This document shows, in pieces, positions 1 through 9,991 of a stretch of DNA of 64,000 bases. The DNA lies in contig OY769902.1 in the NCBI GenBank assembly GCA_963669175.1, forward strand, positions 4,320,001 to 4,384,000. The letters are read 5' to 3'. This DNA is from a bacterium (GTDB taxonomy: Bacteria > Electryoneota > Electryoneia > Electryoneales > Electryoneaceae). The position numbers were made by a program, and so were the translations under genes. The notes beneath the pieces were generated by a model. That model searched no databases and was not told the DNA's origin. It worked only from the letters and a program-made list of their open reading frames with translations. Numbering within the stretch: the first letter of the stretch is position 1; every line of letters starts with the position of its first letter.

Positions 1-927
1 AAGTTCGGCACCCTAGCGCCGGAAGGATCCAACTGGATCAAGATCATGCGGCGGATGGACCGCGACCTGAAAAAGGCAACCAGCGGTCAGGTCGGATTCA
101 GGATTTATGCCGGTGGCGTTCAGGGTGACGAACCGGAGATGATCCGCAAGATGTACATCGGTCAGCTTCAGAGCGCTGGGTTCACGGGAAACGGCCTGGG
201 TGAAATCCTGCCGGAAATCCGTGTACTGGAACTTCCGTTTGTCTACAATTCCAAGGATGAAGTTGATCATATCACAGAAGTCTTTTACGATCGTTTTGAT
301 CAGCGTTTCCGTGAACAGGGCTTTGTGCTTCTGGGTTGGACGGAAGTCGGGTATGTGTACTTCTTCAGCAAGGAGCCGATTGCCAGCATCGATGATTTGC
401 AGGGTATGAAAATCTGGACTTGGGAAAGTGATCCGTTGGCGCGCGCCCTGTTTGATGAATTGGGCCTGAATCCTGTTCCATTGCCTGTTACAGAAGTTTT
501 AACTTCATTGCAGACGGGCATGATTGATGCTGTTTACTGCGCCCCGTATGCCGCGTTGGGCCTTCAATGGTTCACACGAATCAACTATATCACAGCCCAA
601 CCAATCACCAATGCTACCGGCGCAGTGTTGATGACAGTTGAGAAGTATAATGAGATTCCGGAAGAGTACCGTGATGATCTGCATACCATCATCAGGGATG
701 GCTTGCTTGATCTGACTCAGCATACACGTCAGGACAACCAGGACGCGATCGAAGAAATGCAGTCCAAAGGCATTGTAATCAGCAACATTGATGATATTAC
801 TCCTTTCCGTGAAGCGAGTCTGAAAGTACAACAGACATTAACCGGTCAGCTTTACGACCAGGAATTGCTGGACGCAGTCAAAGCGGAACTTGAGCGATAC
901 AGGGCAGAAAAGGCGGAGACGGAATAA
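1..927 (+). CDS. dctP: TRAP transporter substrate-binding protein (5' truncated by window edge)
   Basis: Frame is open from base 1 (KFGTLAPEGSNW...). YAGGVQGDE, LELPF, DLQGMKIW and LQTGMID motifs; followed by small and large TRAP permeases. Confidence 0.9.
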   Translation, partial: KFGTLAPEGSNWIKIMRRMDRDLKKATSGQVGFRIYAGGVQGDEPEMIRKMYIGQLQSAGFTGNGLGEILPEIRVLELPFVYNSKDEVDHITEVFYDRFDQRFREQGFVLLGWTEVGYVYFFSKEPIASIDDLQGMKIWTWESDPLARALFDELGLNPVPLPVTEVLTSLQTGMIDAVYCAPYAALGLQWFTRINYITAQPITNATGAVLMTVEKYNEIPEEYRDDLHTIIRDGLLDLTQHTRQDNQDAIEEMQSKGIVISNIDDITPFREASLKVQQTLTGQLYDQELLDAVKAELERYRAEKAETE

Positions 928-1476
928 GTGCGCCGGATACTTGAGGCAATCGACCTGTACTTGTGGAAAGTGGTGGCGATCACGACAGGTGTCGTTGTCC
1001 TGTCCATGGTCGGTCTTTCCTTCACCCAGGTAGTGATGCGGTTGCTGTTTAATGCCGGCCTTTTATGGGCTGACAGTGTGCTGACTCATCTCGTTTTGTG
1101 GCTGGCCCTGTTGGGCGGAACGCTGGCGACACGTGAAGGCCGACAGATTTCTATCGATCTGCTGACACGTATTCCCAATCCCAAGGTTCGAACTCTATTC
1201 CGGTGGCTTGGTGGAGTTTTTACCGTGATTGTCTGCTTCCTGCTGGCACGTGGGTCCATCGCTTTTCTGGACATGCAGCAGGATATCGGTGGTTTTCTAA
1301 CCGCAACGAAAGTCCCGAGCTGGTGGGCTGCTGTGATTCTTCCGGCGGGGTTCTCGCTGATTGCAGTTCAGGTATTGCTCAATCTCGCACTAGGTCGTAC
1401 CGACGGATTCGATACGGAAATCACCCAAACTGAAGAAGCTGAAATCGAGCAACATTCCACGGAGGCCGAATCATGA
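928..1476 (+). CDS. dctQ: TRAP transporter small permease
   Basis: Four hydrophobic segments, WADSV..HLVLWLALLGG and RQISIDLL motifs; lies between dctP and dctM. Confidence 0.88.
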   Translation: MRRILEAIDLYLWKVVAITTGVVVLSMVGLSFTQVVMRLLFNAGLLWADSVLTHLVLWLALLGGTLATREGRQISIDLLTRIPNPKVRTLFRWLGGVFTVIVCFLLARGSIAFLDMQQDIGGFLTATKVPSWWAAVILPAGFSLIAVQVLLNLALGRTDGFDTEITQTEEAEIEQHSTEAES

Positions 1477-2966
1477 CCTACATCGGCCTCCTCCTGTTTG
1501 CGTTATTCGGCGCTCCCCTGTTTGCTGTCCTTGGCTCGTTGGCTTTGGCCGGTTTTGGTGTGGAAGGGTCAGGATCTGTTGCTGTTGTGAATAATATATA
1601 CGGCATCACGACCAAGAGCACTTTGCTGGCTATCCCGTTGTTCACCTTCGCCGGTTATCTGCTTGCCGAATCCGGCGCTCCGAAACGACTGGTTCGTGTA
1701 AGCCACGCCTTGTTTGGCTGGATGCCTGGTGGCCTGGCGATTGTTGCTTTGGTCACTTGTTCATTTTTCACAGCTTTTACCGGCGCTTCCGGTGTAACCA
1801 TTGTTGCGCTTGGCGGGGTATTGTACCCGATGCTGATGCGGGACAATTACCCGCAACGCTTTAACTTGGGCCTGTTGACGTCATCGGGAAGCCTTGGGCT
1901 TCTCTTCCCTCCCAGCCTGCCGATCATCCTGTTTTCTGTGCTGGTTTCCATGCAGCTTTCTGCCTCGATGAACATGGTGAACCAGGCGGACTACGATGCA
2001 ATGGGCAACCTTTGGGTATTGTCCGATCTACCAGCAACTGAGCAACTGCGTGAAGCCATTGAACTTGATCCTGATTCACAAATCCAGCAATGGGCGGACC
2101 TTGGTGGTACAAGTTCGATGATGAGCAGTCCTCAGAACGATGAATTCGTCACCGCCTCGTCAGTGAACGACCTGTTTGCAGCAGGTGTGTTACCGGGACT
2201 GTTGCTGGTTCTGGCGCTTTCCGGGTATGCAGTCTTTGTCGCACGCAAGCGTAAAATCCCTACAGTACCCTTCGTTTGGAAAGAAGCCGCGGCGGCGCTC
2301 TGGGATGCTAAATGGGAAATCCCGCTTCCAATCGTGATTCTTGTGGGGATTTACAGCGGGTGGTTTACTGTAAATCAAGCGGCTTCTGTTACAGCCATGT
2401 ACCTGCTGTTCGTTGAGATATTTGTCCTGCGTGATATTCATATCACACGTGATCTGCCACGCATCATCTGTGATTCCAGCGTCCTGGTAGGTGGTATTCT
2501 GCTTATCCTGGGATCTGCATTCGGACTGACCAACTTCCTCATTGACGCGGAAGTTCCCCAGAAGCTGATCGCTTTTGTCAGCAGCCTGGTTTCGTCCAAG
2601 TGGACCTTCCTCATCCTGTTGAATATTTTCCTGCTCCTGGTTGGTGCGATGATGGATATATTCAGCGCGATCACCGTGGTTGTGCCACTCATCCTGCCGA
2701 TTGCCCTGTCCTTTGGAGTCCATCCCGCTCATCTTGGGATCATATTCCTGACCAATCTTGAAATCGGATATTCAACACCGCCGGTTGGTTTAAACCTGTT
2801 TATCTCAAGTTTCCGGTTCAACCGTCCGGTCCTTGACCTGTATCGTGCGACACTTCCTTTCATCGGGTTGATGTTGCTGGTACTTCTGGTCATCACTTAC
2901 TGGGATGATCTTTCTTTAACACTGGTACGTTGGGTGGTAGATGCACGCATAGCAGCCGGCCGATGA
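1473..2966 (+). CDS. dctM: TRAP transporter large permease with a ~65-aa hydrophilic insertion
   Basis: LLAIPLFTFAG, GSLGLLFPPSLP and NLEIGYSTPPVGLNLF DctM motifs. Confidence 0.92.
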   Translation: MTYIGLLLFALFGAPLFAVLGSLALAGFGVEGSGSVAVVNNIYGITTKSTLLAIPLFTFAGYLLAESGAPKRLVRVSHALFGWMPGGLAIVALVTCSFFTAFTGASGVTIVALGGVLYPMLMRDNYPQRFNLGLLTSSGSLGLLFPPSLPIILFSVLVSMQLSASMNMVNQADYDAMGNLWVLSDLPATEQLREAIELDPDSQIQQWADLGGTSSMMSSPQNDEFVTASSVNDLFAAGVLPGLLLVLALSGYAVFVARKRKIPTVPFVWKEAAAALWDAKWEIPLPIVILVGIYSGWFTVNQAASVTAMYLLFVEIFVLRDIHITRDLPRIICDSSVLVGGILLILGSAFGLTNFLIDAEVPQKLIAFVSSLVSSKWTFLILLNIFLLLVGAMMDIFSAITVVVPLILPIALSFGVHPAHLGIIFLTNLEIGYSTPPVGLNLFISSFRFNRPVLDLYRATLPFIGLMLLVLLVITYWDDLSLTLVRWVVDARIAAGR

Positions 2967-2984
2967 TCACTTGACGAGGATATC

Positions 2985-4538
2985 ATGGCACACTGGAATA
3001 AACACATCAATCGCTTTATCCTGCTGTGTATCATTCTGATCGCAGCATTGCCTCTGTATGGCCAGACCATTACACGGAAAAGCCTGAGTACCACCGGTGA
3101 CCTGATCATTGAAACGTCTGATCAGGAGTATTTAAACGGTCATTATCAACGTGCTGCAGATCTGCTTGATTCTGCTCTGATCGTATCTCCCGATGATCCG
3201 ATCCTGCTGTATAACCGGGCGCTTACAGCAAGAATTCTGTATGGTAGAACGGCTGGGCTTCCCTGGTTGCAGGAAGCTGTAAGGCTGGCTCCTGACAAGT
3301 ATTTCATCGCTGGCGAATATGGTCAGGCGCTGACAATGACAGGTCAGTTGGAGGAAGGTGAACACTGGCTGCAAAAAGCGATTGACGCAGAAAAGGAATA
3401 CTATCCCGGTTTTGTGGCATTAGGTCAAAATCTTCGCCGGCAACTGCGTCCCAATGACGCAATAGACCTGCTAAAACCCGTTATAGATAATCCCCTGGCT
3501 CATTACGAAGTCTGGATAGAACTGGCAAATGCGTATGATGATATCGATGACCAGCCAAACCGCCACAAGACTTTGTTACTGGCCAACAAGGACTTCGCTT
3601 ATGCCCCTGTTCTTGAAGCATTGACTCGATTCCATTTCGAACATGGCAACACGGATTCTGTCGTATTCTATGGACGAAAATATCTGGAATGGTATCCGAG
3701 ACACAAAGCAACAGAGCATCCATCTGTGCTTGAGATGTGCCGTGAAGTAGCTCCGGAAAAACAATTCTGGCCCAGTACCGATTACGTCGAGACTGCTTTC
3801 CTGACTTTTGACAAGGACAACGCTACCTGTTGCGCACCGCCAGTCGGAAAAAGGTTCCGTTACGATGTCAAGTACGGTTTCCTTGGACTGGGTGAAATGA
3901 CCATCGACTCCCGTGAAGGCATGTGGCGCGGCGATTCCACATATTGGATACAGGCAGTGGTTCGCTCGGCGCGTGGCCTTCCTTTTGTAGATATAATCGA
4001 CACATTTTATGTCCACATCGCAAAGGATTTCACTCATGCGCTATGGGTTGAAGGACGCTACTGGGAAAAGGAGAAGCGTGCGCTGGAAACCCATGAATTC
4101 AACTATGATGCCGGACATATTGATCTTCGTGAAGTCCAGGGCGATAATCATTGGACTTTCCGCAGGCTGGATCTTCCTCCGAATGCGTTCGACCCGATCT
4201 CGTGCGTTCTTCTTACGCCACAGGTCATTCTTGGCGAACGTACCGGTAACTATACAACATTGATGAGTGATGGTTTGAAGTATACCTCGATCAATGTGTA
4301 CGATAAATTTGACCGATTGAATGAAGCAGGCGAAACCTGGAATACACGATACATTGATGGCCAGATGGAATACCATGGTATAGCAGGTATTTCAGGTTAT
4401 TATCGTGGCTGGTTCTCGCATGATTGTCATTTCTGTATGCCGATTGTCGCCAAGTTCAAGATCTTTCTCGGCTCTGTAACTGTTCGACTGGAAGCGATAG
4501 AAGAGTCGCCGGTTCCTCCTGGTCGGCACTGGAATTGA
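2985..4538 (+). CDS. Secreted TPR-repeat protein with C-terminal DUF3108-like domain
   Basis: Signal peptide and TPR-like helices; C-terminal YDVKYGFLGLG...WFS..PIVAKFKIFLGSVTVRL pattern. Confidence 0.7.
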   Translation: MAHWNKHINRFILLCIILIAALPLYGQTITRKSLSTTGDLIIETSDQEYLNGHYQRAADLLDSALIVSPDDPILLYNRALTARILYGRTAGLPWLQEAVRLAPDKYFIAGEYGQALTMTGQLEEGEHWLQKAIDAEKEYYPGFVALGQNLRRQLRPNDAIDLLKPVIDNPLAHYEVWIELANAYDDIDDQPNRHKTLLLANKDFAYAPVLEALTRFHFEHGNTDSVVFYGRKYLEWYPRHKATEHPSVLEMCREVAPEKQFWPSTDYVETAFLTFDKDNATCCAPPVGKRFRYDVKYGFLGLGEMTIDSREGMWRGDSTYWIQAVVRSARGLPFVDIIDTFYVHIAKDFTHALWVEGRYWEKEKRALETHEFNYDAGHIDLREVQGDNHWTFRRLDLPPNAFDPISCVLLTPQVILGERTGNYTTLMSDGLKYTSINVYDKFDRLNEAGETWNTRYIDGQMEYHGIAGISGYYRGWFSHDCHFCMPIVAKFKIFLGSVTVRLEAIEESPVPPGRHWN

Positions 4539-4662
4539 CATTTTTTTGTAAATTTAGCATTTTCAAGGAATAAACTTCTCCCTTTTTCTAGCTCTTGGGG
4601 CGAAATATGACTGTTTTGTTTGAACGCTGATAATTTATTCACGATATTTGAAGAAATAAGAT

Positions 4663-4686
4663 ACCGTCCTTTTGGACGGTTTTTTT
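4663..4686 (+). terminator. Intrinsic terminator
   Basis: ACCGTCC-TTTT-GGACGGT hairpin followed by a T run. Confidence 0.55.
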
Positions 4687-4761
4687 CGTATCAAACAGAT
4701 TGGTAATACCTTTTTCATCTCCAGTTTCTGACTGGATTGTACAAACGTCAGGGATACTTGC

Positions 4762-6117
4762 ATGAGTAAGAAAAACATCCTGATCCTGGGTGCCGGGCAA
4801 AGCGCTCCGGCCTTGATTCGTTACCTGTTGGAAAAGTCTACAGAGTTTGATTGGCACGTGACTGTTGCCGACATGGACCAGGACATGGCTCAACGCCGTG
4901 TGAATGGTCACCCCAACGGCGTTGCAATCTCTTTCAACGTAGACGATACCGAACAACTTCAAAAGCTGGTTGCAGAAGCGGATATTGTCGCTAATCTTAT
5001 GCCACCACCTTTCCAACCCCGCATTGTAAAAGCATGCGTTGAAGCAGGCACACACCAAGTGTCCGCTTCCTATGAGTCAGCTCCGGTAAAAGCGCTGGAC
5101 AGCGCAGCAAAAGAAAAAGGCGTGACAATTCTGAACGAGATGGGTCTGGACCCCGGTTTGGATCATATGTCCGCCGTAAAACTGATCACCCGTGAACGCG
5201 AACGCGGTGGTGTTTTCAAATCGTTCTGTTCCTATGGCAGTGGTGTGCCGGAACCGGGCGCGAACGCTAACCCGATGAATTACATCATCACCTGGAATCC
5301 TCGCAACGTGGTGATGGCCGGTCAGGCAGGCGCACAGTATCTCGAGAATGGCGAGATCAAGATTGTACCCGCACATCGCGTGTTCTGGCGAACCTGGCCC
5401 ATGGACGTGGATGGCGTCGGCACCATGGAAGCTTACCCGAACCGTGACTCGCTGGCCTACATCGACATCTTCAACCTGAAACATGCTCATACCATGATCC
5501 GTGGCACCCTTCGCTATCCGGGATACTCGGAAGCATGGATGCAACTGGTTCGCCTTGGCATGCCCAATGAATCCATGGTCATTCCGAACTTGAAGGATTA
5601 CACCTGGAGCGAATTGACGGCCATGTTCCTGCCGGGCATCATGGGCGGCGATAATATCAGGCAGCGTGTTGCACGTCGTCTCCAGATCAGCCCGACTGGC
5701 GCAGTGATGGATAAACTGGAATGGCTGGGTTTGTTCAGCGATGAGAAAATCGGTTATGACGTCACTACAGCCGCTTCAGCATTGACATACCTGCTGAAAA
5801 ACAAGTTGGCGCAGCCGGCTGGTGTTCGTGATATGGTCGTCCTGTTGCATCGCTTCGAGATTGAATACCCGGAGCAGAATGGCAAGCTGGAACAGATCGT
5901 TTCCACCTTTGTCTACTACGGCGACCCGAATGGCGAAACTGCCATGGCTAAAACCGTCGGTCTGCCTGCAGGAATTGCAGTCAAGAGGATTCTAACTGGT
6001 GAGTTGAACCTTACCGGCTGCCACATTCCGATAAAGTCGGAGATCTACGAACCCATTCTTGCTGAGCTGGATCGTGAATTCGGTATTCGATTTGTTGAGA
6101 AAGCAGTCCCGATGTAA
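4762..6117 (+). CDS. Saccharopine dehydrogenase (NADP+, glutamate-forming)-like
   Basis: Rossmann ILILGAG; NEMGLDPGLDHM, TWNPRNV, EAYPNRDS, RGTLRYPG and TAMAKTVGLP motifs. Confidence 0.92.
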   Translation: MSKKNILILGAGQSAPALIRYLLEKSTEFDWHVTVADMDQDMAQRRVNGHPNGVAISFNVDDTEQLQKLVAEADIVANLMPPPFQPRIVKACVEAGTHQVSASYESAPVKALDSAAKEKGVTILNEMGLDPGLDHMSAVKLITRERERGGVFKSFCSYGSGVPEPGANANPMNYIITWNPRNVVMAGQAGAQYLENGEIKIVPAHRVFWRTWPMDVDGVGTMEAYPNRDSLAYIDIFNLKHAHTMIRGTLRYPGYSEAWMQLVRLGMPNESMVIPNLKDYTWSELTAMFLPGIMGGDNIRQRVARRLQISPTGAVMDKLEWLGLFSDEKIGYDVTTAASALTYLLKNKLAQPAGVRDMVVLLHRFEIEYPEQNGKLEQIVSTFVYYGDPNGETAMAKTVGLPAGIAVKRILTGELNLTGCHIPIKSEIYEPILAELDREFGIRFVEKAVPM

Positions 6118-6146
6118 GCTTTCCTGATAAGGACGCACTTACCCTG

Positions 6147-6174
6147 TCAGCCCGCTTATGCGGGCTGTTTTTTC
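6147..6174 (+). terminator. Intrinsic terminator
   Basis: CAGCCCGC-TTAT-GCGGGCTG followed by TTTTTT after the dehydrogenase gene. Confidence 0.7.
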
Positions 6175-6246
6175 TTTCGGTATAACTCTTTAGCCATATT
6201 GGCGCGAAGCCATCAAAGGAGAGAATCAGAAAGCGAGACAATTAAT

Positions 6247-6597
6247 CTAAAACGTGCGAACTTCAGTGTTGTGATAAACGATATTGTCCGTAATGGGAAG
6301 CGACCCCTCGCTGATATGATCCACACGAACAGTAGCACGTTCCACTTCTTCGAATACCTGTACCATATGGTTTGCCAGACCAATATAGTGTGCCTGTCCC
6401 GGGAACATGAAATCCCGGTCCTCGGCAGTCGTCTGAAAACTCAGGTTGCTGCCATCAAGCTTGTACCTTTCGGAATCCAAAGCAAAGTTTTTGGGGCTGG
6501 CTGCCAGGATGCGATTACTTTCACTGGCCAGTTTCAGCATCAAACCATCATCGTTTGTCTCAGCCGCCAAGAGTAACCGTAAGGAGAAATTGTACAT
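6247..6597 (-). CDS. Hypothetical protein
   Basis: 116-aa ORF with plausible composition filling an intergenic gap; no recognised motif. Confidence 0.45.
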   Translation of the reverse strand: MYNFSLRLLLAAETNDDGLMLKLASESNRILAASPKNFALDSERYKLDGSNLSFQTTAEDRDFMFPGQAHYIGLANHMVQVFEEVERATVRVDHISEGSLPITDNIVYHNTEVRTF

Positions 6598-6805
6598 ATT
6601 CAGGGTACCGTTTGTAAAACTTTGTTGTCACTTTAGGTACCTTTATGATACTGCTTTGGTTATGCCACAGCAATAACAAAACACAAACATTAGAGCCTGA
6701 TGCCCCCAGGAGAGTACCCCCAAAGCCACACTTATATTTCTACAAAACATGCAATTACATTGTATACCCAACCCTACACAATCATATCCTTATTCTACGC
6801 TACTA

Positions 6806-9800
6806 CTATTGTTTATAGTTCCTCTTCATTGGCAGTTCACGTGCTGCATCTGTTACTGCCCCAATCTTCGCAGCAAAACTGGTACGGTTCTTTATATCAG
6901 CGTCGGTTACCAGATGAACATCCAGCAGCCCCTTGCTGTGATAGCCTGTTCTAAGGAAATTCATTTCATCGAGACACTGGCTCCAGCCATCCAGCCAAAG
7001 CATCAGGTTGTGACGCTTCTCTTCATCCTCGCTAATATGCAACAACACGTCAATATCGCTGCCTGGTCCGGCAGTGCCATTTTTTGTGCTTCCGAATACG
7101 AAGAACGCCTTTACGCCATATTCAACACCATCAAGCTGTTCAGCAATGCGATGCGCCATGCGTAGACGCCATTTCCAGTGATCATCCGAAAAGGGGGGTT
7201 TTTTGGAAGTGCTGGCCATCGTTTCAACCTGTGTGCCTCCCGGCGTACTCAGGATGGCAACCGCCTCATCCAGGTCGGCATTCATGAATACTTTCAGTAC
7301 CTTGCCGTCAGTTACACGTCCGATATCAATAACACGAATTACCTCAGATAATTCGTTGAACTCGGGAAGGATCTCGGACAGAACATTCTCTGAACGCGTC
7401 AGGAACATCTTGTTAAAATGGACGTTCTTTTCGCCCGGATAGAGTGGCAAGTAGCGAATAGAAGCTTCTACAAGATCCTGGAAGAAGTGTGTGCCGAAAG
7501 ACAAATCCGGGACATAATTCCCTTTCGCCATGGCAACTTCGATCAGCATGGCCGTATTGTTGATCTGAGAATACGTAACATCGACACCAAGCTTGATATC
7601 ACCACGGCTTCCCCACCTTCCCGGCCCAATCAGGATAAACTGGCGTTTGGGAAGTTGCTTGTTCAATTCACCAATAGCTTTGCCAATATCCCGTAGCGTT
7701 TTCAGATTCTCCACTTCGCTGTACATCTGCGGGTCAACATAAACAACATGAGTAATATCCGGTACGATACCGTTGGAAACATACTTGTTCGCGCTGAACA
7801 CAATTGAAGTTTCCGGGATATCTTTTGGAATCGGCGCGGGTTTGGATTCCATTGAATAGCTTTGTGGACGGCATTGTAATAGATAGAAGCTCCGGCCATC
7901 GTGCGCAAATTCGATATCCACCGGATACCCCATGCCTTCTTCCAAAGCATCCAGGATTGATTTAATCTCCGCTATAAAATTCGTCTTCGTAACCAGTCCC
8001 TCGAAGGTCACAACAACTTCATCATCTTCGAAATCCAGGTTAAACTGGTTCTTCAGCGAAATGTGGTTGTCCTTGACCACAGACACAACTTTATCCACAT
8101 TCGGGAATTCATCGCCGAATGTTTTCAGGAATTCCTTGATATCGACGGTCTCAAAGTTGTTGGTTTCCAGGTTGATAACATCCATCTTGTTGGGTGCATA
8201 GCGGATGATCTCATCTACGCTGGCGTTGACCCTGAGACCGGGCTGACCGGGCGCCAGCAGGATCGGATAATCGTCACTCAAGCGGTCAACCGCACGTGTC
8301 CCCAATCCGGGAACCAGACGCACGAGACCATCGTCACGCTTGATACGTGGCGACCAGCGGAACTCATTGCTACTGAAGGCAACCCCGGCATACATCGGCA
8401 CATAGTATTTTCCTACCGGCTTCCCAACAACCTCCTGGATAAGTACACCCATTTCCTCATGGAAGTCGATGAGGCCACGTTCGGCACGGTACTCGATCGG
8501 ATCTGCGCCAAAGGTCGATGCGTACACTTCAGCTATCGCATCCATCAACGCTTCCAGACGTTCCCATTTTGTCCCACGATTCGCCAGGAACAGGCTGACA
8601 TATTTACCTGAGAAAGCGGTGCCCAACCTGTCCTCAAGAAGGCTGGAACTGCGGACAATCAACGGAACATCGCCGAAATCATCCAGCGCCATGGAAAGCC
8701 CCTGAACCATTTCAGGGGTAAAACGGCTATTCTTAAATAATTGAATAATATGAGGATACTCTTGTCGTACCAGCCCTATTTCCTTGTACTTCTGCTCTGT
8801 AACTTCACCCAGGTTGTTATGATTCATGAAGGAATGAAGACCATCAGAAGTAATGTACCATGTCTTGGGTGTTTTGATATTTTTGAGTTCAGGTTTCTCC
8901 TTGCTGAACTTGGTCAGCATTCGATATGCCAGGAAAAGCCCTGACCCCTTACCACCCAGTTTTCCATGACTGTTCGGGGGATGAATCAGGCGGGGAATCA
9001 GGTCAACGAAGTCTTCAATATCAACATAATCTTTCGCAATACGGATAAATTCAAGGTGATCGGACAGGAAGCGGCGGGTAAGGTGAACCCTTGCCCCTTT
9101 CGCAGCAGAGGGGGACAATTCCACACCCTGTTGCATCAGGTGGTGGAATCTTCGCAGGGCATCTGCCAAATCCCCCAGGGAACTGTCCAGGTTTACCAGT
9201 GTTCGGCTGAAGAAGCTTGATTTATCTTCATGCATCCATCGTTGCACGACCTGAAGAATCTCTTCATCCGGCAGTGTCTTGCCGGCAATTTTGAAAATAT
9301 CCTCACTCAAATCCATAATTTCTATGCGTTTGCGCTGCATTGGGCGGTTTCCACCACCATTCAGCGTCTCGGATTTTTCATCAGCGCTCAGTTTTTCCAG
9401 CAACGCATCCGCTTCGTGAATACCGTGCCAGCAGAGGTAATTCAACATTTTGCGAGCGATGCCCAGGTACAGGTCTTTGTCGGTTCGCCTGAGAAGATCT
9501 ACGACAATTTTCCATTCAACCGTCTTGTCTTCGTTCAACCTTTCATGCGCCTGGTTCCAATCACCGACCATTTGCCTGAGTTGCTGATGCAGAATGAAAT
9601 GGCCCAGGCGGTCAGCGATGGTGGTAATTAGTTTGCGTTCTTCCTTGAGGAACGGCCCCTCGTCAGCAGCAGGCATCTCACGAGTATAAAACACCTTAAC
9701 CGACCCCAGGACCTGGTCATGCACTTTCAGGTCTGCTTCCTGCACCCATGGCGTGGGGATAGAATCGCTGGTCTTGAACTCTTGTCCATCAAAAGTGATC

Positions 9801-9991
9801 ATGGCTTCACAGATGTTGACAAACTGCCAACCGGGTGGAATAGCACGCAGGATGCCGCGAATCACGACTTCGACATCCTGTTCCGGATCATTGGTCAACT
9901 CTTCTATGCGATAAAGGCAATTCAGCTCTTTTGCTCGTTCACGTAACTGATCAAGAACATAGTGGCTGCGTCCATCCCCGATATCAACCAT
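6806..9991 (-). CDS. PEP/pyruvate-binding (PPDK_N ATP-grasp) protein with N-terminal GAF-like segment and C-terminal nucleotidyltransferase domain
   Basis: LRERAKELNCLY...GPFLKEERKL sensor-like N-terminus; GKLGGKG, LIVRSSSLLED, FSGKY, GLGTRAVD, VDIEFA, LLQCRP and SFGTHFF motifs; C-terminal VFGSTKNGTAGPGSDID. Confidence 0.85.
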   Translation of the reverse strand: MVDIGDGRSHYVLDQLRERAKELNCLYRIEELTNDPEQDVEVVIRGILRAIPPGWQFVNICEAMITFDGQEFKTSDSIPTPWVQEADLKVHDQVLGSVKVFYTREMPAADEGPFLKEERKLITTIADRLGHFILHQQLRQMVGDWNQAHERLNEDKTVEWKIVVDLLRRTDKDLYLGIARKMLNYLCWHGIHEADALLEKLSADEKSETLNGGGNRPMQRKRIEIMDLSEDIFKIAGKTLPDEEILQVVQRWMHEDKSSFFSRTLVNLDSSLGDLADALRRFHHLMQQGVELSPSAAKGARVHLTRRFLSDHLEFIRIAKDYVDIEDFVDLIPRLIHPPNSHGKLGGKGSGLFLAYRMLTKFSKEKPELKNIKTPKTWYITSDGLHSFMNHNNLGEVTEQKYKEIGLVRQEYPHIIQLFKNSRFTPEMVQGLSMALDDFGDVPLIVRSSSLLEDRLGTAFSGKYVSLFLANRGTKWERLEALMDAIAEVYASTFGADPIEYRAERGLIDFHEEMGVLIQEVVGKPVGKYYVPMYAGVAFSSNEFRWSPRIKRDDGLVRLVPGLGTRAVDRLSDDYPILLAPGQPGLRVNASVDEIIRYAPNKMDVINLETNNFETVDIKEFLKTFGDEFPNVDKVVSVVKDNHISLKNQFNLDFEDDEVVVTFEGLVTKTNFIAEIKSILDALEEGMGYPVDIEFAHDGRSFYLLQCRPQSYSMESKPAPIPKDIPETSIVFSANKYVSNGIVPDITHVVYVDPQMYSEVENLKTLRDIGKAIGELNKQLPKRQFILIGPGRWGSRGDIKLGVDVTYSQINNTAMLIEVAMAKGNYVPDLSFGTHFFQDLVEASIRYLPLYPGEKNVHFNKMFLTRSENVLSEILPEFNELSEVIRVIDIGRVTDGKVLKVFMNADLDEAVAILSTPGGTQVETMASTSKKPPFSDDHWKWRLRMAHRIAEQLDGVEYGVKAFFVFGSTKNGTAGPGSDIDVLLHISEDEEKRHNLMLWLDGWSQCLDEMNFLRTGYHSKGLLDVHLVTDADIKNRTSFAAKIGAVTDAARELPMKRNYKQ

